Positions 47,318 through 56,271 of a DNA stretch of 64,000 bases are shown piece after piece. Source of the stretch: Clostridiales bacterium (GTDB lineage: Bacteria > Bacillota > Clostridia > Oscillospirales > CAG-272); assembly GCA_012841635.1 (NCBI GenBank), contig DUUJ01000001.1, positions 159-64,158 of the forward strand, written 5' to 3'. A program made the position numbers and the translations under genes. Numbering within the stretch: position 1 is the stretch's first letter; the number at the start of each line of letters is the position of its first letter. Under the pieces are notes generated by a model, which did no database searches, was not told the DNA's origin, and saw only the letters and a list, made by a program, of their open reading frames with translations.

Positions 47318-48181
47318 TTATGACCAGCGGCGCTTTTCGACGGACTGAACCGTGAGTACCATGAAAACCGAGCAGACGGTGATATAGTAAACGACGGCGG
47401 TGATATCGAAAATACCGAACACGAAGTTATCAAGCCTTGACCAGAACGACAGGGCGTTGAGAGTTTTTGCGAACAGACCTTCAAAGCGCGCGCTTCCGGT
47501 GAAATAAAAGACGGCGAGGATAAGCTCAAGTATCGCTGCCGCGGCAAAAGCCGTCCAATAGCTCTTTGTCATATAATATATGATCAGAGCCAGGATAAGT
47601 ATCACAACGGCGAAAGATATGTATGACGCCGATGCGGCGGACGGAATCAGTGATGAAAGCGAACTCATCATATATATGACCAGCATCGCGCCGAAACTGA
47701 TGACGGCGGCTATCAGCTGGCTTTCGGTCAGGCTCGACATGAACTCGCCGACCGCGATAAGCGACGCTCCGAGCAGGAAGAAGCCGACCATGGCTCCGTA
47801 AGCCGAAACAAAGCTCACCTTTCCGTAAAACGACATGATAATCGGATAAACGCACATTACGGCGCAGGGGATGGCAAAGACCGTCAGAGCCGCGAAGTAT
47901 TTGCCCAGCACTATCTCTTTTACCGAGATAGGCAGCGAATAGAGCAGCTGGTCGGTTTTCGAGTGGCGTTCCTCCGCGAAAATGCGCATTGTAAGGATCG
48001 GAACCACGAACAGAAGTATCATCGAGATCGAGCCGAGGGAATATTCAAAATTCGGATACCCCTGGCGGAAATTGGTTGCGGTTATAAAGATGCCGGCTAT
48101 CAGCAGCACAAAGGCGATAAATATATAACCGACCATGCCTGAGAAAAAGGTCCGGAGCTCTTTGCGATATACGGCTCTCAT
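47318..48181 (-). CDS. ABC-2 family transporter permease
   Basis: 287 aa, 6-7 TM segments; start overlaps the ATPase stop by 4 nt. Confidence 0.75.
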   Translation of the reverse strand: MRAVYRKELRTFFSGMVGYIFIAFVLLIAGIFITATNFRQGYPNFEYSLGSISMILLFVVPILTMRIFAEERHSKTDQLLYSLPISVKEIVLGKYFAALTVFAIPCAVMCVYPIIMSFYGKVSFVSAYGAMVGFFLLGASLIAVGEFMSSLTESQLIAAVISFGAMLVIYMMSSLSSLIPSAASASYISFAVVILILALIIYYMTKSYWTAFAAAAILELILAVFYFTGSARFEGLFAKTLNALSFWSRLDNFVFGIFDITAVVYYITVCSVFMVLTVQSVEKRRWS

Positions 48182-49494
48182 TTGTTATCTTCCCCCTTAT
48201 CGTCGTCGCTTATGGTGAAGAGCGAACGGTATTCGCCGTCATCCTGCTTTTTGCGCGGCTGATTTTCGGCAGGCGGCTCTTTCTTCCGGAGCCTTGCGGC
48301 CATCTCCGCCTCCGCCTTTGCCTTTTCTTCGGCTTCGGCGGCTTCAAGCGCTTCAATATCCGGTTCCTCGTCCGTCATATCTTCTTCGTCATCATCGTCT
48401 GACTCGTCATCCCGCAGACCGGCTTCGGATTCTCCGGCACTAAACAATGAATCATAAGTGACCGGTTCGTCATCCTCCGCTTCGGTTTCGGTTTCGTCGG
48501 AAACCGACGCAGGCATGGCGTCCGCTTCTCTTGAAGCTGCTTCGTCTTCGTCATGGCTGTCCTGAGTAAGCATCAGGAAGACATCTTCAAGCGAAAGGCT
48601 TTCCGTAGTCATCGAAAGAATGGTGCAGCCGTTTTCAACGAGGGCGTTCGAAAGCCGGGCGCGGATATCGGTATCGCGCGGGATAGTGATCTCGGCTGCA
48701 AGATACTGAGGTTCGTCCTTGTCATAGCCGTAAGTATAATCGGTTAAGCTGTCTTTTACCGTATCTATCGCCATCCGGAGGCCGCCTTCCTCTCCGGAAA
48801 CCAATACGCGAACGGTCGCGCTTGATGTATAGTGGGCGGAAAGGTTTTCAAGCGTGTCCTGCGCGACAAGTTTGCCTTTTGATATGATAAGCACATAATC
48901 GCAGACGGCGCTTATCTCGGAAAGAATATGGGAGCTTAAGATAACCGTGTGGGTCGTGCCGAGTGATTTTATCAGCTCGCGGATTTCGATTATCTGCTTG
49001 GGGTCGAGACCGACGGTCGGTTCGTCGAGAATAATCACTTCCGGATCTCCGAGCATTGCCTGCGCAATTCCGACGCGCTGACGGTAACCCTTCGAAAGGT
49101 TCTTTATCAGCCTGTCCTGCATATCGGTAATGCCGGTTTCTTTCATTACCTGCTCGATCTTTTCGTCTACAAGTCCCCTGTCTACTTCCTTTGCCTCCGC
49201 GACGAAGCGGAGATACTCATATGGGGTCATGTCCAGATAAAGCGGAGGGAATTCCGGCAGGTAACCGATGCTCCGTTTTGCTTTTATCGGCTCTTTGTAA
49301 ATGTCGTAGCCGTTTATTTTGACGGTTCCTTCCGTCGCGGCAAGGCAGCCGGCTATGATATTCATAGTCGTGGATTTTCCGGCGCCGTTGGGACCGAGAA
49401 ATCCGTATATGTGACCGCTCTTGACGTTGAAATTCAGACGGTCGATCGCGTAATGCGACCCGTATTTCTTTGTAAGATCCTTTACTTCTATCAA
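48178..49494 (-). CDS. ABC transporter ATP-binding protein with ~130-aa acidic, low-complexity C-terminal extension
   Basis: Walker A GPNGAGKST, signature LSKGYRQR, Walker B ILDEP. The tail is rich in D/E (DDESDDDDEEDMTDEEPD...). Confidence 0.9.
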   Translation of the reverse strand: MIEVKDLTKKYGSHYAIDRLNFNVKSGHIYGFLGPNGAGKSTTMNIIAGCLAATEGTVKINGYDIYKEPIKAKRSIGYLPEFPPLYLDMTPYEYLRFVAEAKEVDRGLVDEKIEQVMKETGITDMQDRLIKNLSKGYRQRVGIAQAMLGDPEVIILDEPTVGLDPKQIIEIRELIKSLGTTHTVILSSHILSEISAVCDYVLIISKGKLVAQDTLENLSAHYTSSATVRVLVSGEEGGLRMAIDTVKDSLTDYTYGYDKDEPQYLAAEITIPRDTDIRARLSNALVENGCTILSMTTESLSLEDVFLMLTQDSHDEDEAASREADAMPASVSDETETEAEDDEPVTYDSLFSAGESEAGLRDDESDDDDEEDMTDEEPDIEALEAAEAEEKAKAEAEMAARLRKKEPPAENQPRKKQDDGEYRSLFTISDDDKGEDNK

Positions 49495-49657
49495 ATCAAG
49501 TCATCTCCCGAAATTGTTTTGCTTTTTCTGCGCGGAGCGCCGATGACGCTCCGCAGTTTGCCTGTTTTATATTTTACCTCAACAATGTGATAACGATGTG
49601 ATTGTTCCTATAATATTTATTTCTCTCTTGTAAATCCGGTGTAAAATTAAATCGCTT

Positions 49658-50095
49658 TTATCTGCGGCGGTAATACGATATCTCGAACCCCGCCTCGGTT
49701 GAAAGATTTTCGAGGGCGTCGAGCTTTTCTGTATCCTCCCTTGATGTTTTATGTGAATAGGGGGTCATGTCGAAAAGAGCGCGGATGTCGCTTTTATCCG
49801 AAAGAGTCAGCTTGTATTCGACCCTCTCGGTTTTCTTATAAGCGAAGCCGGGCATCGGCGGGCGGGTTTCGTCGTTTTCGTAGGGCTTTTCGTAAACCGC
49901 GCTTTTAAGTCCCCACAAATGCCTTGCAGTCGGGGTAACCCGGATAAGCAGTCCGCCGGGGATAAGCACCCTTGAAAATTCCGCCGCCGCGAGCGGGGCG
50001 AACACCGACAGGACGGCGGAAAACGAGTTTTCGGCGAAAGGAAGGGCGTTTACCGATGCAGCGCTGATGTCGAGAAGCGATAAACAGAACCGCTC
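49658..50095 (-). pseudogene. rlmA: C-terminal fragment of a 23S rRNA (guanine-N1)-methyltransferase RlmA-like gene
   Basis: The frame reads ...GERFCLSLLDISAASVNALPFAENSFSAVLSVFAPLAAAEFSRVLIPGGLLIRVTP..., collinear with the RlmA motif IV-VIII region. There is no start codon or motif I upstream of it. Confidence 0.65.
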
Positions 50096-51059
50096 CCCTG
50101 AGAAGAAGTCGAAAATAAAACGCTGTTTTTGGCTGTTTTTACATTAATAAAACCCGGTTAAATCAACCTTTTCCGAGTATAGCATTTGTCTGATATCAGG
50201 GGTTTTAACGAATTCCGGTACAACTGACCGGAAGCTGTCATGCTTCTAATATCCTTCTTACAGCAACAATGACAAGCGGGGCATACATAAAAATCAGATT
50301 AAGCCTTTGCCACAATCCTTCATTGTCAATAATTGTGTTAGAAAATCTGTCTTTATCAGCCATAATAAATAAAATAAAAAAGATAATTGCCGCAGCAAAG
50401 CAAAGAATGCTTATATAACCTATAATGTTTTCTCTATTAATGAAAGAAAGAATTGCTGCCAACAAAGGTACGAACAGAAAGAGTATGAAACCCAAAACAG
50501 AACCTACTCCATGAATTTTAGATGCAATTGTAACAATATCTTTTGATTCGTTCACGCTGAAAAAACAAGTAAAAATACATGCTCCAATTGCAAAAAAAGC
50601 TATTAATGCAATCATCGTGTTTGTGATTCCGCCTGCCACCGGATGATAATACTTGTATACTGCCGGCAATGCGAGTAAAAAAAGTATTCCTTCTGTAAGC
50701 ATCCAAAAATTAAACGGCAATCTTACCGGACTTTGGGGGTTTCCCAATGCGCTGATTGACATTTTCAAATTACTATAATTTCCATAAAACAACGAAAACA
50801 ACCAAGAGACAATAACGTCTCCAATGATAGCAGCAATTAAAAAGTACCAACCATATACATTAATATTGTCTTTCATCTACCCCTCCGATCGTACCGGTGT
50901 TTTCAGATACAGTTGCTATTTTAAATACTATCGCTACTTTGGCTAAAACTTAATCCGGTAAGCCGCATAAATTTTCACATTTTTTCTGTCTTATTCCTTC
51001 AGTTTTTCATATTTCGAACTTTGTTGAAGTTCTGAAACCCCATTGGTTACTGTGTCTTG
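50096..51059. other. AT-rich ~1-kb insertion splitting rlmA (possible horizontally acquired cassette)
   Basis: Composition drops visibly compared with both flanks. It carries one membrane-protein gene. Imperfect inverted repeats GGGGTTTTAACGAATTC (50199-50215) and GAAGTTCTGAAACCCC (51026-51041) bracket the gene. Confidence 0.45.
50238..50876 (-). CDS. DUF998-like integral membrane protein
   Basis: 212 aa, 6 TM segments; the ISALGNPQSP motif resembles DUF998; AT-rich codon usage unlike neighbouring genes. Confidence 0.55.
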   Translation of the reverse strand: MKDNINVYGWYFLIAAIIGDVIVSWLFSLFYGNYSNLKMSISALGNPQSPVRLPFNFWMLTEGILFLLALPAVYKYYHPVAGGITNTMIALIAFFAIGACIFTCFFSVNESKDIVTIASKIHGVGSVLGFILFLFVPLLAAILSFINRENIIGYISILCFAAAIIFFILFIMADKDRFSNTIIDNEGLWQRLNLIFMYAPLVIVAVRRILEA

Positions 51060-51407
51060 TCACTTTAGCATTATTATGACATCCTCCCTCGCAGCCGAAT
51101 CGATATATTTCGAATAATAGCCCTCTCCGCAGCCTGCGTCAAGCACTTCGCCAATGTTTTCGGCAAGAGCGGCTGCCAGAGCCTTTGCAAGCGGCAGGTA
51201 ATAACCCTTTTCGAGGAAAGCTCTTCTCGAGCGCAGCATCTCGCGGCTGTCGCCGTGACCGCGCCTTCCCAGAAGGTTTACCGCTCCCTTTGAAGAAATA
51301 TCAAAGCAGTGGCTATTTTCGCAATAAAATGAACCCATCGGGGGCCCGCCGCTCTCCGCCCGCCGATAAAGCGGACGAGAGCAGAGCGGGCAGATAAATA
51401 CGGACAT
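51060..51407 (-). pseudogene. rlmA: N-terminal fragment of the RlmA-like methyltransferase (zinc-ribbon + SAM motif I), truncated
   Basis: MSVFICPLCSRPL...FYCENSHCFDISSKGAVNLL...MLRSRRAFLEKGYY...VLDAGCGEGYY parallels the E. coli RlmA N-terminus, then terminates shortly after motif I. Confidence 0.7.
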
Positions 51408-51410
51408 CGC

Positions 51411-52922
51411 TTACCTTTCGCTCAGCTCCTCGAATTTCCCGAGCAGCTTATCTAGTGATTTTTCAAACCTGGAGACCTGCTTGTCGATGGTCGACTGCCA
51501 GTCAAGTTTTCTTCCGTCCATCAGCGAACGCCAGAGATGGATAAGGTCGTTCAACGAATTCGAATTTACGACGCCGAAGTTGAAGCTGCGGCCGGCAAGG
51601 ATCAGGTCGTACATTTCCGCGTCGTTGTCGCCGCGGGCGTATTTGCGCTTGAGGGCAATCTCGAAATAAGCCGGGGTTACATAGCGGTAGGAATACTCGC
51701 CCATCGCTTCAAGCACCGCAGACGCCGCTTCAATCTGAGGACAGGAGGCTGAGATGCCGAAAATCGAATAGAAGTCGTGAGCCGTTGTGTGGTATTCCGG
51801 CTGAGCTTCATCCCATTTGAATACCGGCAGCACGCCGTAATCGTCCTCCATATCACGCAGGAGGTCGGTCGTAACAAACATATCGATGAGGAAGGTCGAA
51901 CGCCCTTCAAGGAAAGCCTTTTCTGACGCTTCGATGGACTCTATGGTGTAATACCCGGGATTTACGCCGTTGTTGTTGAAATAGAGATCATAAACCTTCT
52001 GATATGCCTGCGCGGTCTTCTCATTATTATATACAAGCTGAGGAGTACCGTCTCCGTCCTTTTCGGTTATCGGCAGGTTGAGAGACGCCTGGAAGGAATC
52101 GAGCGGGATCGAAGCGGTCGGGGCGAACCAGGCGAAGAAGTCCTCGTCGTCTCGCTCTCCGTTGCCGTTGAGGTCGCTGTATCCGTCTTTTACCAGCTCG
52201 CCGAAGCGGTCGATCGTCCATTTGCCGCTGTAGACTTCGTCATAGAAATCAAGGTCTTTATAATAATCCTCGTGAAGCTTCTTGTTAAAGAAAGTCGCAT
52301 AGACGCGGTTGGTGGCGGTAAGCGAAATGTCGCCGGTAATGGTCCAGAGGCAGCCGAAGATGGTAAGCTCCTCGACAAACGACTTATTCCACCAGGGACT
52401 TGATTCGTTGAAGTATTCGGTCGTCAGAAGGTCGGTAAAATATCCTTCCGCCGCGAGCGGCGAGCCGTAATAAGCGTACATAGGAATGATATCGTAGGCT
52501 CCGTCGCCGGCAGTAACCGACTTCTTGATGTTATTCAAATAAGTGTCGTTGTCTTCGGTTCCCGTAGTGATAAAATTCAGATTAACATTAAGCCTCTCTT
52601 CAACTTCGCGATTGCGTTTGAAAATAGCGTCGTTGATGATTTCGCCGTTCTCCGTTTCGGCTAAAAACTCATATGATGACTCGGCGGGCCGGTATAAATG
52701 ATTAATCGTCGTTCCGCCGAAATCAAGGTCGTCGGGCAGACTGCTTGCCACGATAGGTCTTCCGAATTCGTCGGCCGGTTCGGTCGTCTCGGCTTCGGTG
52801 GTTTCCGTTTCGGCGTTCGGAGGCGCCGATTCGGGGGCTGATGCGTCCTGACCGCAGGAGACAAAAGCCGATAAGAGTATCAATGCGGAAAGAATAAGCG
52901 CAAAAATCCTTTTGTGTTTCAT
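51411..52922 (-). CDS. ABC transporter extracellular solute-binding lipoprotein, paralog 2a
   Basis: Start moved to MKHKRIFALILSALILLSAFVSCGQ (lipobox; RBS GGGAGGG). Same family as 26007-27497. Confidence 0.8.
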   Translation of the reverse strand: MKHKRIFALILSALILLSAFVSCGQDASAPESAPPNAETETTEAETTEPADEFGRPIVASSLPDDLDFGGTTINHLYRPAESSYEFLAETENGEIINDAIFKRNREVEERLNVNLNFITTGTEDNDTYLNNIKKSVTAGDGAYDIIPMYAYYGSPLAAEGYFTDLLTTEYFNESSPWWNKSFVEELTIFGCLWTITGDISLTATNRVYATFFNKKLHEDYYKDLDFYDEVYSGKWTIDRFGELVKDGYSDLNGNGERDDEDFFAWFAPTASIPLDSFQASLNLPITEKDGDGTPQLVYNNEKTAQAYQKVYDLYFNNNGVNPGYYTIESIEASEKAFLEGRSTFLIDMFVTTDLLRDMEDDYGVLPVFKWDEAQPEYHTTAHDFYSIFGISASCPQIEAASAVLEAMGEYSYRYVTPAYFEIALKRKYARGDNDAEMYDLILAGRSFNFGVVNSNSLNDLIHLWRSLMDGRKLDWQSTIDKQVSRFEKSLDKLLGKFEELSER

Positions 52923-52988
52923 TGAATTACCCTCCCATTTATGTTTCCCCAATATATAAACAACGTTTTTTATCTTCGAAGCATTACA

Positions 52989-53093
52989 TCACATCAATGG
53001 TCGTTTCGGCAAAAAACACCTCCTATCCGAACCGCCGCTCTTCGTCCGACGGAAAAGCGGCGGAGAGCAGATCGGGCAGATAAATATAGACAT
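52989..53093 (-). pseudogene. rlmA: duplicated 5' remnant of rlmA
   Basis: Encodes MSIFICPICSPPLFRRTKSGG..., matching MSVFICPLCSRPLYRRAESGG of 51407 downward. The flanking DNA (GGCAGATAAATA.AGACATCGCTTA.CTTT) is also duplicated. Confidence 0.7.
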
Positions 53094-53096
53094 CGC

Positions 53097-54620
53097 TTAT
53101 CTTTGGCTCAGCTCCTCAAATTTCCCGAGCAGTTTATCCAATGATTTTTCAAACCTGGTGACCTGCTTGTCGATGGTCGACTGCCAGTCAAGTTTTCTCT
53201 TATCCATCTGCGACCGCCAGAGATGGATAAGATCGTTTAACGAATTCGAGTTTACGACGCCGAAGTTGAAGCTGCGGCCGGCAAGGATCAGGTCATACAT
53301 CGCCGCGTCGTTGTCGCCGCGGGCGTATTTGCGCTTAAGGGCGATCTCGAAATAAGCCGGGGTGACATAGCGGTAGGAATATTCGCCCATCGCTTCAAGC
53401 ACCGCAGACACCGCTTCAACCTGCGGGCAGGAAGCGGAAATCGCGAAGATCGAATAGCAGTCATGAACGGTGGTGTGGTATTCCGGCTGAGCTTCATCCC
53501 ATTTGAATACCGGCAGCACGCCGTAATCGTCTTCCATCTCGCGGAGAAGGTCGGTGGTGACGAACATATCGATGAGGAAGGTCGATCTTCCTTCAAGGAA
53601 AGCCTTGTCCGCCGCTTCGATGGACTCGAAGGTGTAGTATCCGGCATTTACGCCGTCGTTGTTGAAATAAAGGTCATAAACCTTCTGATACGCCTGCGCG
53701 GTTTTTTCATTATTATATACGAGGCGCGGGATTCCGTCTCCGTCCTTCTCGGTTATCGGAAGGTTGAGAGACGCCTGGAAGGAATCGAGCGGAACCGACG
53801 CTGTCGGGGCAAACCAGGCGTAGAAGTCCTCGTCGTCGCGCTCGCTGTTGCCGTTGAGGTCGCTGTATCCGTCTTTTACCAGCTCGCCGAAACGGTCGAT
53901 CGTCCACTTGCCGCGGTAGACTTCATCATAGAAATCGAGGTCTTTATAATAGGATTCCTGAAGCTTTTTATTGAAGAAAGTCGCATAGACGCGGTTGGTC
54001 GCGGTAAGCGAAAGGTCGCCGGTAATAGTCCAGAGGCAGCCGAAGATGGTAAGTTCTTCAACAAAGGATTTGTTCCACCAGGGGCTTGATTCGTTGAAGT
54101 ATTCGGTTGTCAGAAGGTCGGTGAAGTATCCTTCCGCCGCGAGAGGAGAGCCGTAATAGGCGAACATCGGAGTTATATCATAAGCTCCGTCGCCTGCCGT
54201 GACCGACTTTTTGATGTTGTTCAGATAGGCGCCGTTGTCATCGGTGCCCGGATCGACGAAGTTCAGGACAACGTTAAGCCTCTCTTCAACATCGCGGTTG
54301 CGCTTGAAGACGGCGTCGTTGATGACTTCGCCGTTTTCCGATTCAGCCAGAAACTCATACGCCGACTCCACCGAGTTTACGATAGGGCGGTATACAAGAT
54401 TGACCGTCGCTCCGCCCAAATCAAGGTCGGCGGGCAGACTGCTTTCCACTATGGGTCTTCCGAATTCATCGACCGGTTCGGTCGTCTCGGCTTCGGTGGT
54501 TTCCGTTTCGGCATCCAACGGCGCCGATTCGGGGGCTGATGAGTCCTGACCGCAGGAGACAAAAGCCGAGAAGAGTATCAGCGCGGATAGGATAAGAGCC
54601 AAAAGCCTCTTGTGATCCAT
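53097..54620 (-). CDS. ABC transporter extracellular solute-binding lipoprotein, paralog 2b
   Basis: Lipobox SAFVSCGQ; collinear and near-identical to 51411-52922. Confidence 0.8.
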   Translation of the reverse strand: MDHKRLLALILSALILFSAFVSCGQDSSAPESAPLDAETETTEAETTEPVDEFGRPIVESSLPADLDLGGATVNLVYRPIVNSVESAYEFLAESENGEVINDAVFKRNRDVEERLNVVLNFVDPGTDDNGAYLNNIKKSVTAGDGAYDITPMFAYYGSPLAAEGYFTDLLTTEYFNESSPWWNKSFVEELTIFGCLWTITGDLSLTATNRVYATFFNKKLQESYYKDLDFYDEVYRGKWTIDRFGELVKDGYSDLNGNSERDDEDFYAWFAPTASVPLDSFQASLNLPITEKDGDGIPRLVYNNEKTAQAYQKVYDLYFNNDGVNAGYYTFESIEAADKAFLEGRSTFLIDMFVTTDLLREMEDDYGVLPVFKWDEAQPEYHTTVHDCYSIFAISASCPQVEAVSAVLEAMGEYSYRYVTPAYFEIALKRKYARGDNDAAMYDLILAGRSFNFGVVNSNSLNDLIHLWRSQMDKRKLDWQSTIDKQVTRFEKSLDKLLGKFEELSQR

Positions 54621-54846
54621 TTTTTAATCCTCCGATTTATATTGTCACGTCTGATTCAAAGATTTTTAGCTTCAAAATATTATATCACATCATGAACAGC
54701 TTGTCAACGATTGTAAACGATTTATAATAAACGCCAAAATTGATGAAAATCTTACAATATTATTAAATAAACATCTTGTTTTCTTGTTTTTGATATGATA
54801 TAATAGTATAAAGTTTTATTACGCTAAACAAACGAGGAGGTACCAG

Positions 54847-55308
54847 ATGAAATACTGCCCCAACTGCCAGCAGACTTTTCCGAATCAGGCCAATACTTGC
54901 GGAAGCTGCGGCGGACCGCTGACATATATCCCTGATCAGAATACGGTTCAGCCGGTAGTAAATTTAAACGACCACACCGCAGAATTTGATCCCGCGGACA
55001 TATCCGACAACAAAATTTTTGCTATGCTGCTCTATCTTTTAAGCATAGCCGGCGTAATCATCGCCATGCTCGGCGCTCCCGACTCTCCGTTTACAAAGTA
55101 TCATATCAAGCAGTCGCTGAAGATTACGGTTACCGAATTCCTCGTAGCCATCCTTTCGGCTGTTCTGGCATTCACCATCATAGTTCCCATCGCCGGTGCG
55201 ATCTGCCTCGGAATCCTGAGCGTTATAAACATTATCTGCTTCTTCCGGGTATGCAGCGGCAAAGCCATCGATGCTCCCATCATTAGTTCGCTTAAGTTTC
55301 TGAATTAA
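54847..55308 (+). CDS. zinc-ribbon / DUF4870-like membrane protein
   Basis: N-terminal CPNC...CGSC ribbon; the TM region with FAMLLYLLSIAGVIIAML...HIKQSL is typical of DUF4870. Confidence 0.65.
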   Translation: MKYCPNCQQTFPNQANTCGSCGGPLTYIPDQNTVQPVVNLNDHTAEFDPADISDNKIFAMLLYLLSIAGVIIAMLGAPDSPFTKYHIKQSLKITVTEFLVAILSAVLAFTIIVPIAGAICLGILSVINIICFFRVCSGKAIDAPIISSLKFLN

Positions 55309-55325
55309 TCACGAGAATCAATTGA

Positions 55326-55367
55326 CCGGCATCAAAGCCCATAATCGGAGCTTTGATGCCGGTTTTT
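55326..55367. terminator. bidirectional intrinsic terminator
   Basis: CCGGCATCAAAGC...GCTTTGATGCCGG hairpin followed by TTTTT. Confidence 0.8.
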
Positions 55368-55389
55368 CTTCAGGCTTTATTATGCGGAG

Positions 55390-56271
55390 TCAGTTCTGAC
55401 AAGCCTCGATCCTGTCTTCAAAAAAGCTGAAAACGACTTCGCCCTGACGGGTAAGATAGGTTTTTACGTTATATCTCTCGAGCAGCAGAAGGGTTGCTAT
55501 ATCCTCCGGTTCGGCTGCCGAACTTGTTATGACGGCGTATTCCGGGGATGTGCGGGATACAAAATCGATCAGCGCGCCTCTGTATTCGCCGTGAGAAGGT
55601 ATCTTCAAAAGGTCGCAGGAAATGTCGTCTTCAAGCGCGGAAAGCTCCTTGAGCCTGTCCTTTTCGGCGTCTCCGGTGAAAAACGCGGAGCGGCCGCCGA
55701 CCCGGATCATAACTGCGATCGAGCTGTTGTTGGAGGTGTTGTTTTTGCCGTAGTCGCTTTTTTGCGGCGGGTAGACGGTTATCCGGGCATCTCCCCACTC
55801 AAATTCGGTCTTTGAAACCACCGTCTCGGTCTTGACGCCGGCATCGGCAGCCGCCTTTAAATAGGCGTCGTATTCCACGCTTTCGCTGTATTCAAACGAA
55901 GTGTATATCTTGCCGACCGGCAGCGTGTTTATTATCTTCGCCGCGCCGCCGACATGATCTTTATCAAAGTGTGTTATGAAAAGACAGTCGATCTCCCCGA
56001 TGCCGTTTTCTTTGAGGCAGTCGAGTATCATCGCGCCGCCGATGGCTTCGCCGCAGTCGACAACGGCAGCGCGTCCGCCAGCGGTGATGATAAAGGCGTC
56101 GGCTTTGCCGACATTAAGGGCGAAGACTTTCATCAGCGGCGGCTCGTTCGATTTCATCTGCGAATCGGTCTGAGTTATAATGAGCGCCGCGACCAGAACT
56201 ATCAGGGCGGCAGCCAGCAATATTACGAAAAGCGCCCTCTGCTTTCCCGCAGAGCCTTTTTTGGTCGTCAT
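55390..56271 (-). CDS. membrane-anchored MBL-fold metallo-hydrolase (ComEC C-terminal-domain-like)
   Basis: N-terminal TM segment; ALNVGKADAFII...CLFITHFDKDHVGG (HxHxDH-like) motif. Confidence 0.7.
   Translation of the reverse strand: MTTKKGSAGKQRALFVILLAAALIVLVAALIITQTDSQMKSNEPPLMKVFALNVGKADAFIITAGGRAAVVDCGEAIGGAMILDCLKENGIGEIDCLFITHFDKDHVGGAAKIINTLPVGKIYTSFEYSESVEYDAYLKAAADAGVKTETVVSKTEFEWGDARITVYPPQKSDYGKNNTSNNSSIAVMIRVGGRSAFFTGDAEKDRLKELSALEDDISCDLLKIPSHGEYRGALIDFVSRTSPEYAVITSSAAEPEDIATLLLLERYNVKTYLTRQGEVVFSFFEDRIEACQN

Larger units (their letters stand above)
51345..54697 (-). repeat. tandem segmental duplication (two ~1.7-kb units: rlmA 5' end + SBP gene + upstream region)
   Basis: 51345-52997 and 53031-54697 align by eye, including non-coding ends. 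Confidence 0.8.

Noticed and set aside
49532-49554. An 8-bp GC-rich hairpin (GCGGAGCG...CGCTCCGC) with a T tract on the plus strand, which looks like a terminator
   Set aside because: No plus-strand gene ends upstream of it. On the minus strand an A-rich rather than U-rich tract follows, so it is not a canonical terminator for the rlmA fragment. It may be a 5'-UTR or processing hairpin of the ABC operon, but I have no further support.
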